Origin: an uncultured Candidatus Saccharibacteria bacterium
GTDB lineage: Bacteria; Patescibacteriota; Minisyncoccia; Phycocordibacterales; UBA9973
Length of the DNA: 55,129 nucleotides
Reading direction: 5' to 3'
Assembly (NCBI GenBank): GCA_964390875.1
Contig: CAYMIO010000001.1
Span: 49,875-105,003, forward strand
Shown here: positions 46,465 through 54,344 of the stretch, piece by piece
Layout: each line of letters opens with the position of its first letter
Position numbering within the stretch: the first letter of the stretch is position 1
Position numbers and translations under genes: made by a program
Notes under the pieces: model-generated
Told to the model about the DNA's origin: nothing
Seen by the model: only the letters and a program-made list of their open reading frames with translations
Database searches by the model: none

Positions 46465-47468
46465 TACGATCGGTACGCTTTTTTCTGTCCACGCTCGCAG
46501 TGTGTATTGTTTTCATATGTATACCAGTACACGGAACGCTTTTTGCGGCTTCGTTTGGTTTTGCGCCCAACGCAACTGATATTTCTGTAGGGGAACAGTT
46601 CTCAGTGGAGGTGTACACTAACACAACCGGAATGTCCGTAAACGCCATTTCAGGAACCGTGAAATATATGCCGGGGATGTTTGATGTTGTTTCTGTTCGA
46701 AAGTCCGATGCGATCTCCTTTTGGGTTAAGGAGCCAAAAGCTGAAAACGGCTCTATTCTTTTTGAAGGCATCGCTCTTGATCCAGGTGTGTCAGGTCCGC
46801 GCGTTCCAGTACTTACTGTCATACTCAAAGCAAAACAAAGCGGTGTTTCTGAAATGAAAATCACCAATGCTTCTATTTTGAAAAATGACGGGCTGGGCAC
46901 AAACGTTTTAAACGGTCTTGCGTCTTTACAACTCAAAGTGCGCGCGAGTTCTGTTTCGGTTGGTGCACTATCGGCGTCTTCTAGTGTGGAAGCAAACTCG
47001 ACTCCACTGGCTTACGATACGTTTGCTCTTCCTGTTATCACCGACTATTCAGCCGTTGTTTCTTCTGGTGGACGTTTGTTTGTGAAAGGTAAAGGGGAAC
47101 CAAATGCCCTTACACTCATTCAATTTAAAAAACTATCACCGCCGACCTTTGGACAGCGAATGCTCAGTGTGATGGGTGATCGAGAATCTGCCACACTCTC
47201 TGACGTGTATGTTATCAACAGTGCTGACGGAAGTTTTGAGTATGTATCCAGTCGTCCTGTATCTCCTGGCTTGTATAGCGCTATTCCGTCGCTTGTGGGG
47301 AATGGTATTGAAAAGAAAACACCAGGTTTGGGTGCTCAGGTAAATGTGATTGCGAGCCGTAAAGATTTTTTCTTGGCACAAGTAGTGGATTGGGCAGTGA
47401 TGCTTATACCCGTCATGCTTCTTGCGGTGCTCACCGTTCTTGTCTATCGTAAAAAACAGGTACAGTAA
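46461..47468 (+). CDS. membrane-anchored cohesin-like protein 2
   Basis: Signal peptide. FGFAPNATDISVGEQFSVEVYTNTTGMSVNAISGTVKYMPGMFDVVSV...ILFEGIALDPGVSG...VLTVILKAKQSG is cohesin-like. C-terminal TM helix followed by YRKK. ATGA start/stop overlap with the upstream gene. Confidence 0.7.
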   Translation: MIRSVRFFLSTLAVCIVFICIPVHGTLFAASFGFAPNATDISVGEQFSVEVYTNTTGMSVNAISGTVKYMPGMFDVVSVRKSDAISFWVKEPKAENGSILFEGIALDPGVSGPRVPVLTVILKAKQSGVSEMKITNASILKNDGLGTNVLNGLASLQLKVRASSVSVGALSASSSVEANSTPLAYDTFALPVITDYSAVVSSGGRLFVKGKGEPNALTLIQFKKLSPPTFGQRMLSVMGDRESATLSDVYVINSADGSFEYVSSRPVSPGLYSAIPSLVGNGIEKKTPGLGAQVNVIASRKDFFLAQVVDWAVMLIPVMLLAVLTVLVYRKKQVQ

Positions 47469-47517
47469 TTCAGTTTTTTTATTCGTCAGTTCTTTGCTGT
47501 GTGATATACTACCAGGA

Positions 47518-48645
47518 ATGAATATGTTTCGTAGTCGACGATCGGCACTGTGCGGATATTTTCTTCTTTTGGTGTGCCTCCTTACATTGCCTGGATATAG
47601 TCGTGCAATGAAACAGGAAAGCATTTTGAGTCCTGATGAAGTGGCGTGGATGAACGCGCATGGAAATACCATCGTTGTGCAGCCGGGAGTCAACGTCCCT
47701 CCTTTTTCTTTCGTGCGAGAACACCAGAATAATAGTTTTCCTCAAGGATATGGTATCGACTTCATTGGCCGTGTTGCTGAAGCTCTTGACCTTAAGGTTG
47801 AGTACCGAGAAGCACAGACGCTCACCGACATGCTTGAAGGTGTAAAAGACGGTGAGCCTGTTGTTCTCGTCTCACTCGCAAAAACACCAGCACGTGAAGA
47901 GAGTTTTATTTTTACTGAGCCGTATGTTAGTTTGCCCGCTGTTTTTGTCGTTCGGTCTGATTCTCCTTTTCCTGAAAATAGAACGACTGTTAAAGATTTT
48001 AAAGGAAAAACAATTGCTGTTGCTCGGGACTCCTCACCTCATGAGTTTTTGAAAATAAACCACCCTGAGCTTACACTTGATCTCACGGTTGATGGTGAGG
48101 CTAGCTTAAAGAAAATGCTCCTTGGTGAGGTGGACGCTGCTGTACTGAATATTGCCTCGCTTTCGTACTTTATTTCAAATTCAGGGCTTTCTTCTATTCA
48201 TATTGCTGGTCCAGTAGGGTTTGATTCTGAGCTTGCCTTTGCTATTCCCAAAGATTCACCTGAGCTTGCTTCGATCATTCAAAAAGGAATGAATATGGTT
48301 ACTCAGTCTCAGCGTGAGTTTTTACGGGCAAAATGGATCAATTTCGAAGCACCAAGCGGTGTAGCCTATACGAGTTCAGCGCAGCCTCTTTGGGCAGATT
48401 ACGCTGTTCCGGCAGTCTTTGTGCTGGTACTTATCTTGATCGTAGTCGTGTCTACTCGAATGTTCATTCCACGTCCCGATTCTTTCCTTTCACACGTGAA
48501 AAAGGGTGTTACGCGAAAGCAAGAGGCACTGGATAAGCTCAAACAGCTCGAACAAGCCGAGGAATTACTCGAAGCGGAGCTTCGAGCGGTGAGGGAAGTG
48601 GAGAAAACCGTCGAAAAGAACCTTGGTGACCTTTCGTCTAACTAA
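47518..48645 (+). CDS. membrane-anchored solute-binding (SBP_bac_3-like) protein with a short cytoplasmic coiled coil
   Basis: Signal peptide, a family-3 SBP domain (PPFSF...GYGIDF...FTEPY...KGKTIAV...), one TM helix (YAVPAVFVLVLILIVVV) and a ~55-aa charged helical tail. An extended -10 (TGATATACT) lies 7 nt upstream of the ATG. Confidence 0.75.
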   Translation: MNMFRSRRSALCGYFLLLVCLLTLPGYSRAMKQESILSPDEVAWMNAHGNTIVVQPGVNVPPFSFVREHQNNSFPQGYGIDFIGRVAEALDLKVEYREAQTLTDMLEGVKDGEPVVLVSLAKTPAREESFIFTEPYVSLPAVFVVRSDSPFPENRTTVKDFKGKTIAVARDSSPHEFLKINHPELTLDLTVDGEASLKKMLLGEVDAAVLNIASLSYFISNSGLSSIHIAGPVGFDSELAFAIPKDSPELASIIQKGMNMVTQSQREFLRAKWINFEAPSGVAYTSSAQPLWADYAVPAVFVLVLILIVVVSTRMFIPRPDSFLSHVKKGVTRKQEALDKLKQLEQAEELLEAELRAVREVEKTVEKNLGDLSSN

Positions 48646-48685
48646 ATAGCACAATATTAATCTATATAAGTCAAGTCTCTATGGG

Positions 48686-48716
48686 AAAAATACCCTTACT
48701 TTATAAGGGTATTTTT
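48686..48716 (+). terminator. rho-independent terminator closing the surface locus
   Basis: AAAAATACCCTTA-cttta-TAAGGGTATTTTT. Confidence 0.75.
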
Positions 48717-48749
48717 GATTTGACACTAGTAAAAAGCATTGTATAACTA

Positions 48750-48778
48750 TTGACTTTTGAACCCCGTTGTGCTATTAT
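48750..48778 (+). promoter_or_regulatory. sigma70-like promoter (TTGACT-17 nt-TATTAT)
   Basis: TTGACT at 48750-48755 and TATTAT at 48773-48778. A ~85-nt leader follows, containing GNRA (CCG-GTAA-CGG) and UUCG (CTCGC-TTCG-GCGAG) hairpins. Confidence 0.5.
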
Positions 48779-48868
48779 ATGGGAAATATCCGGTAACGGG
48801 TATTTTCAGTTTCTCGCTTCGGCGAGGACAAACAGACCACGATGTTGGCAGAGCACAACTGCTACACT

Positions 48869-49477
48869 ATGCAAATAATCAAGCGTTTTCGCTCTCTACA
48901 GTCATTTGTTGTGTTTCCTATTTTAGCAACAAGCTTTACGTTCGGTCAGTTCGACCTTAGCGGAAAGATCCCCACTGTAGCAGTACTATCTACCTTCCAA
49001 AATGGGCACCTTATGGAGAATTCCGACGATAACCACGATCCGGAATTTGAATCTAAGGTCAAGCGTGTGGAGGCATACTTCGCCTCAAAGAACCTTCCAA
49101 TGGCTGATTACGCCGAAAAGCTCGTCGTAGAATCTGAAAAGAATGGACTTCCATGGAACCTTGTTGCTGCGATCTCGATGCGTGAGACTACCGGTGGTAA
49201 GTTCTCATGTCAGAGTGACCGTGATAATGCGTTTGGATGGGGTGGTTGTGGAGCGATTAAGTTCGACTCTGTTGACCACGGTATCGAAACGGTTGCTCGC
49301 AACCTTGGCGGTAACAACCCTAATACGGCTCATTATTACGAAGGTAAGGATACGTATGGAATCCTCCGTAAGTACAACTCTGTGATCCCGAACTATCCTA
49401 AAGAAGTTCTTGCGATCATGAAGTCTATTGAAAATCAGACCGTCACAGAAGCAGTTCTCGCACAAAACTCCCAGTAA
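48869..49477 (+). CDS. secreted glucosaminidase-like (GH73/LytD-type) peptidoglycan hydrolase
   Basis: Signal peptide. NGLPWNLVAAISMRETTGGKF...DNAFGWGG resembles the glucosaminidase catalytic region (conserved Glu, FG[IW]). A terminator overlaps the stop (about 49463-49495). Confidence 0.6.
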   Translation: MQIIKRFRSLQSFVVFPILATSFTFGQFDLSGKIPTVAVLSTFQNGHLMENSDDNHDPEFESKVKRVEAYFASKNLPMADYAEKLVVESEKNGLPWNLVAAISMRETTGGKFSCQSDRDNAFGWGGCGAIKFDSVDHGIETVARNLGGNNPNTAHYYEGKDTYGILRKYNSVIPNYPKEVLAIMKSIENQTVTEAVLAQNSQ

Positions 49478-49532
49478 TCTGGGAGTTTTGTTTTGTGTGA
49501 AATTGAAATAACGAGCGCTTCGCTTGGTGGTG

Positions 49533-50222
49533 CTAAAGACTGGCCACGTAGCTTCCAATGATTCCGCCTGTTTCTCCGCGGAAGGTGAGTGGTGAAAGGC
49601 TTACTGTTTTCCAGCCCGCTGTGTGGGCTTTTTCTAATTCTTCTTCGGTAAATCCTCCTTCGGGGCCGACGAGGATTGCGCGGTTTTTGGGGTGAGTTGC
49701 TGGTTTTTCTTCGCCTATCATGTGGAGAATCCAGGCTTCGTCGAATGCGCTGTGCATGGTGAGCGCTGTTTCAAATGGAGTCAGTTCGGCTATCTCTGGG
49801 ATCGTGCCGCGACCTGAGAGTTCGGATGCTTCGCGTACTATTTTTTCTAGTCGCTCGATATTCAAACCTTGTTTTACAGTGCGTTCAGTGACGACCGGCA
49901 CTATTTTTTCTACGCCGATTTCCGCGGCTTTCTGCGCGAGGTATTCGAAGTTTTCTTTTTTAAGGATTGCCGCGAAGAGGGTCACCGCAACAAGCGCTTT
50001 TGGACATTCTTTTTTATGTTCTGTCTGTGAGAGGATGACTTCGGTTTTGCTGATCTTCTCTACTGTATAGAGTGCTTCAAATCCTTTTCCATCACAAAGA
50101 GCGATTGTTTCGCCGGGTTCGAAACGAAGAACGCGATGCATCTGGTGTACGAGCTCTTTGTCGGTGATGGTAAGGCTCTCTTCAGTTACATTGAAAGGGC
50201 CGATGAATCGATGAATTTTCAT
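49533..50222 (-). CDS. rsmE: 16S rRNA (uracil1498-N3)-methyltransferase
   Basis: MKIHRF start, a PUA-like N-terminus, and C-terminal ILVGPEGGFTEEE. Confidence 0.88.
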   Translation of the reverse strand: MKIHRFIGPFNVTEESLTITDKELVHQMHRVLRFEPGETIALCDGKGFEALYTVEKISKTEVILSQTEHKKECPKALVAVTLFAAILKKENFEYLAQKAAEIGVEKIVPVVTERTVKQGLNIERLEKIVREASELSGRGTIPEIAELTPFETALTMHSAFDEAWILHMIGEEKPATHPKNRAILVGPEGGFTEEELEKAHTAGWKTVSLSPLTFRGETGGIIGSYVASL

Positions 50223-50239
50223 ATGAAAAAGTATAGCAT

Positions 50240-50647
50240 CTAGCTTTCCAAAAGGCTTGAATGAAGTTCTTCTCCGTGGTGGTCGGGGAGTACGATTATC
50301 TCAAATGAAAAGGGAAGTATGGCTCTGGTTTGTTCGAGCGCGATATGGAGTTTTTCTTGGTCGTAGCCTAGAGCCACTATCTGTGGTTTGTGCGTGAGAA
50401 GGCCGTGCCAGCTTCCGCGTTGTTTGTCGCCGCGGATTATTGTGAACTGAGGAAATGCTTTGGAGAGCTCTTGTATGCGCTCATCCTGGCTTCGTTTTGG
50501 CCGGCGACTTTTGAGCGATTCGCTGGCATCGTCGTCGGCAACAGAAATGATAAGCTGTTTTCCGAGTTTGGATGCCTCCTCAATGAAAAAGCGGTGTCCG
50601 TCGTGGAGGCCGTCGAATACTCCAAAAATGAATACAGTATCACTCAT
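50240..50647 (-). CDS. cytidylyltransferase-like nucleotidyltransferase (FMN adenylyltransferase-like N-terminal domain only)
   Basis: IFGVFDGLHDGHRFF (HxGH-type motif). 135 aa from MSDTVF. The longer track ORF extends into the divergent gene. Confidence 0.7.
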   Translation of the reverse strand: MSDTVFIFGVFDGLHDGHRFFIEEASKLGKQLIISVADDDASESLKSRRPKRSQDERIQELSKAFPQFTIIRGDKQRGSWHGLLTHKPQIVALGYDQEKLHIALEQTRAILPFSFEIIVLPDHHGEELHSSLLES

Positions 50648-50678
50648 ACAGATATATGAATATGGTATACTACTTTCC

Positions 50679-50936
50679 ATGACTCCGCTATTGAAATCTG
50701 ACATTTTTTTCTTTATAAGTTCTGTCGCTACCGTTATCTTGACATGTCTTCTTATTGTTGTTTTCGTGTATCTTATCCGATTCCTTCGCACGATCAATCG
50801 AGTGGGGGATATGATCGAAGATGCCGCAGGGAACCTCTCGGAAGATGCTTGTGAAGTGGTGGATAGGGTAAAAGAAAGTACACTGTTCTCAATGTTTTTC
50901 CCAAAGAAGCGAAGTAAGGCTCGTACAAAGAACTAA
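50679..50936 (+). CDS. small membrane protein (85 aa, DUF948-like layout)
   Basis: One N-terminal TM helix (FFFISSVATVILTCLLIVVFVYLI) followed by a charged helix. A bidirectional terminator lies at about 50945-50978. Confidence 0.5.
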   Translation: MTPLLKSDIFFFISSVATVILTCLLIVVFVYLIRFLRTINRVGDMIEDAAGNLSEDACEVVDRVKESTLFSMFFPKKRSKARTKN

Positions 50937-50995
50937 AGAGTACATACAAAAAACCCCTGAAAATCAGGGGTTTTTTGTAAAAGACAAGATGTCCT

Positions 50996-51094
50996 TTATG
51001 CAGCAGCCTCGTCAGCAGCAGCTTCGTCGGTTGTGTCAGCTTCAACAGGGGCTTCTACGCCAGTGTCGTCTGTCTTGATTTCTTCAGTATCCAT
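50996..51094 (-). CDS. possible 32-aa acidic mini-protein
   Basis: Hand translation gives MDTEEIKTDDTGVEAPVEADTTDEAAADEAAA. It lies between the bidirectional terminator and a weak minus-strand TTGTAA-16-TAGAGT element. Coding status is uncertain. Confidence 0.3.
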   Translation of the reverse strand: MDTEEIKTDDTGVEAPVEADTTDEAAADEAAA

Positions 51095-51320
51095 AGTGAG
51101 TATTCTCAATTAGTTTCGTAATAGGCCGTTCGACACTTCACTCTAGCACTGTTTGCTCCCTTTACAAAATGTCTATATAGTAATAGAGTACACTCAAACA
51201 GACCATTAAGGTATTCTTTTGTCAAAAGTGTAGAAAGGGGTAACCTTTTTTGTTTTGGGTATCTTGGAAGTTTTTTAGTAATTATTAATTATTTATTTAT
51301 TTTTACGTAAGAGTATTTTT

Positions 51321-54284
51321 ATGAAGAATGTATTTTTTAGAAAAGTGATGAGTCTTTTCACTGTCTTTGCACTTGTGGCAATGTATGGTGGATACGGAAC
51401 AACACAGGTGTTCGCTAACGAAGACGTACCTGTCGTTGAAACAACAACAGAGGAAACTCCTGTTGAAGTTGTTGAAGAAAACCAAGAAGAACAGGTAGAA
51501 GAAGTTGTTGAGGAGGAAACTGTTCCAGAAACAGAAGAAACAACAACAGAAGAACAGGGTGGAGAAGTTCTTGGTGAAGAAACAAAAGAGCTTCCGGTTG
51601 TTGAAGAACAGCGTGTACAAACAGTGGTAGAAGAAGGTGCATGTTCTGTTATTACAACAACTATTGTTTCTGACACTTCAAACATTGTCCAAGAAACAGG
51701 AAACCCTGCGGTAAAGGCATGGGAGCACCCAAACTGGGCAGATATCTCAGGTGCTGACTGGATCTGGGAATCATACCAGGTTGCAAATCCTCTCGTATTC
51801 CGCACTGTCGATTTCACTAAAGAGTTCACTATTGATGGCACTGTTACAGAAGCAACTCTTGAAATCGCAGCTGACAACTACTTTACGTTTGACCTCAACG
51901 GAAACGAGGTTCTTTCACGCACAGAAAGTGACGATACTTCAGGGTCTGTAGGATACAACTTCCAGAGTACCTACTCTGCTGATGCGATGGGTATGATCAC
52001 TTCTGGTGAAAATACCATCGATCTTGAAGTCACCAACCGTGCGTCTTCAATGAACAGCGTAACTCTCAACCCCGCTGGTGTTGTGTATAAGCTCACTGTT
52101 GTTTCAGAAGACTGTGGCGATGAAGAAGAAACAGCAACCGTACACGCAACAAAAATCGTGTGTGACAGTGAAGCTGACCTTCCCAACTGGGGTGCAGGAA
52201 ATGTTGTAGGCAGTATCAACTCTGCGACAGCATCACTCTTCCTTGATGAACACGAAGAATCATGTCACGAAGAAGATTGGACATTTGAATGGTCTCTTGA
52301 TGGTGTAGGAAACCCTGGAGACAATGGTCAGATGGGTGGTGAAGGATGGAATGCCTTTACTGATACAACTGATATTCCAACTGGCCGAATCTGGTTCCGT
52401 GAACAGATGCAAGATGGATACATTTTCTTTACAGGAGCAAATACAACAGAAACTGTTTCAGCTGAAATCTACTGTGGAAGTGATGTGCTCAATTACGACA
52501 ACTGGGAATATATTGATGCGGTAGATGGTGGTGAATACTACTGTGTGGCATTCAATGCTCCAGTCGAAGTTCCATACGTCTGTGATCCAGAAATCAATTT
52601 GATTGAAAATGGTAGTTTTGAAAACCCTGACATTTCAACTGGTACATACGAGATCGTAAAAGACTTGAACGAAGATGTTACGTCAGTGCTCGCATGGCTC
52701 GTCGCATGGACAACACCAGAAGACGGTGGACGCCTCGGTCTTGAAGTCCAAGATCATGTTGCTGGAAACCCAGCAGTCGGTGCCGGCGACCAATTCGCAG
52801 AACTTGATGGTGATCACCCAACCGCTATTTCACAAGACGTTGAAACAGTGGCTGGTGAACCATACACACTCACATTCATGTACTCTCCTCGTCAGGGACG
52901 AAATGCCGCAGACAACATGATTGAAGTTCAAAAAGACGGTGCTGTTCTTGGAGATGTACTCGCTGCTGATGGTACAGCAAACAGTGACACTGCATGGGCA
53001 ACTTACACTCGCACCTTTATCGCAGATGACTCTTCAACAACAATCTCGTTTGTTGATACAGGTACTGACACAAGCTTTGGTGGTTACCTCGACGAAGTAC
53101 GTCTCTCATGTGGTACACCGGTTGTAGACGATGAAGAAAGTACAATCACTGTTACTAAAATCGTTGTAGGGAATGATGCGTTTGATTCATCAGACTTTCC
53201 TCTCTATGTGAACGAAACATCGGTGGTTTCTGGTATTGCGTCAGAATTTGAACCAGGAACATACACAGTCTACGAATCAAGCAACGCTGATTTCATTCCG
53301 ACATTCTCAGGTGCTTGTGTTGCCGATGAAAGTAACGAATCTCGCATTGCATTGATCGAAGACTTCCAAGCAAAAAAGACTGCTCTTGAAAATGCTATCG
53401 CTGCATCTCCTGAAGATGTAGAAGGAAATCAAATCAAAACAGATATGATTTTCGACATCAATGAAAAGATCGTAGCACTTCAGAATTCTCTCAGTGCAAC
53501 CATTGACCTTTCAGAAGGTGAAGATGCAGAATGTGTTATCACAAATACATACACACCAGTTGTCGTAGATGACTTCCCTCAGTGTTCTGATGGTGAAGAC
53601 AACGATGAAGACGGTCTTTCAGACGAACTTGATCCAGGATGTCACACTGATGGTGATCCAACTGACGAAGATGAAGTAGACAGCTACGATCCAGAGGATG
53701 ATGACGAAACAAATACGACAGAAGAAGTAGTCTACGCATGTTCTGACGATGCCGACAACGACGAAGATGGCCTTACTGATGCCAATGACCCAGGCTGTCA
53801 CTCAGACGGTGATGCAACCGATGAAGATGACACCTACGTTCCAACAGACAACGACGAAACTAATGACACTTCATCTAATACAAACGGTGGAGGTGGTTCA
53901 TCAGGCAGTCGCGGTGGTGGTGGAAGTGTTCTTGGAGAAGTACTCGGTGCCTCAACTTCATGCGGCATCTACCTCAATGAATACATCATCAAAGGTTCAA
54001 CAAAGAACAATCCAGCAGAAATCATGAAGCTCCAGACATTCTTGAACAACTACATGAATACTGGTCTTACGGTCAGTGGCGTGTACGATGCAGCTACTAT
54101 TGCTGCCCTCAACGCCTTCCAGCTCAAAGAATGGCTTCTCGTGCTTCGCCCATGGGGTATTACAGCACCGACAGGAAATACATATCTCACGACACAACTC
54201 CGAATCAACAACATCATGTGTCCAGAATTGAACCTTTCTGTCTTTCCTCCGCTCCATACGATCCCTGCAGCGATGAAGCTCTAA
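51321..54284 (+). CDS. large surface protein: signal peptide, Glu-rich spacer, DUF642-like carbohydrate-binding-type domain, two TSP3-like Ca-binding repeats, Gly-rich linker, PG_binding_1-like C-terminus
   Basis: 987 aa. IENGSFENP...GDQFAELDG...GGYLDEVRLSC. Then CSDGEDNDEDGLSDELDPGCHTDGDPTDEDE and CSDDADNDEDGLTDANDPGCHSDGDATDEDD. The C-terminus carries IMKLQTFLNNYMNTGLTVSGVYDAATIAALNAFQ. Confidence 0.85.
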   Translation: MKNVFFRKVMSLFTVFALVAMYGGYGTTQVFANEDVPVVETTTEETPVEVVEENQEEQVEEVVEEETVPETEETTTEEQGGEVLGEETKELPVVEEQRVQTVVEEGACSVITTTIVSDTSNIVQETGNPAVKAWEHPNWADISGADWIWESYQVANPLVFRTVDFTKEFTIDGTVTEATLEIAADNYFTFDLNGNEVLSRTESDDTSGSVGYNFQSTYSADAMGMITSGENTIDLEVTNRASSMNSVTLNPAGVVYKLTVVSEDCGDEEETATVHATKIVCDSEADLPNWGAGNVVGSINSATASLFLDEHEESCHEEDWTFEWSLDGVGNPGDNGQMGGEGWNAFTDTTDIPTGRIWFREQMQDGYIFFTGANTTETVSAEIYCGSDVLNYDNWEYIDAVDGGEYYCVAFNAPVEVPYVCDPEINLIENGSFENPDISTGTYEIVKDLNEDVTSVLAWLVAWTTPEDGGRLGLEVQDHVAGNPAVGAGDQFAELDGDHPTAISQDVETVAGEPYTLTFMYSPRQGRNAADNMIEVQKDGAVLGDVLAADGTANSDTAWATYTRTFIADDSSTTISFVDTGTDTSFGGYLDEVRLSCGTPVVDDEESTITVTKIVVGNDAFDSSDFPLYVNETSVVSGIASEFEPGTYTVYESSNADFIPTFSGACVADESNESRIALIEDFQAKKTALENAIAASPEDVEGNQIKTDMIFDINEKIVALQNSLSATIDLSEGEDAECVITNTYTPVVVDDFPQCSDGEDNDEDGLSDELDPGCHTDGDPTDEDEVDSYDPEDDDETNTTEEVVYACSDDADNDEDGLTDANDPGCHSDGDATDEDDTYVPTDNDETNDTSSNTNGGGGSSGSRGGGGSVLGEVLGASTSCGIYLNEYIIKGSTKNNPAEIMKLQTFLNNYMNTGLTVSGVYDAATIAALNAFQLKEWLLVLRPWGITAPTGNTYLTTQLRINNIMCPELNLSVFPPLHTIPAAMKL

Positions 54285-54295
54285 TAGTTGCATAA

Positions 54296-54332
54296 GCACA
54301 GAAAAAACCGGCGCAGCCGGTTTTTTCTGTGC
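54296..54332 (+). terminator. rho-independent terminator
   Basis: GCACAGAAAAAACCGGC-gca-GCCGGTTTTTTCTGTGC, a 17-bp perfect stem. Confidence 0.85.
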
Positions 54333-54344
54333 TATGATACCCCC

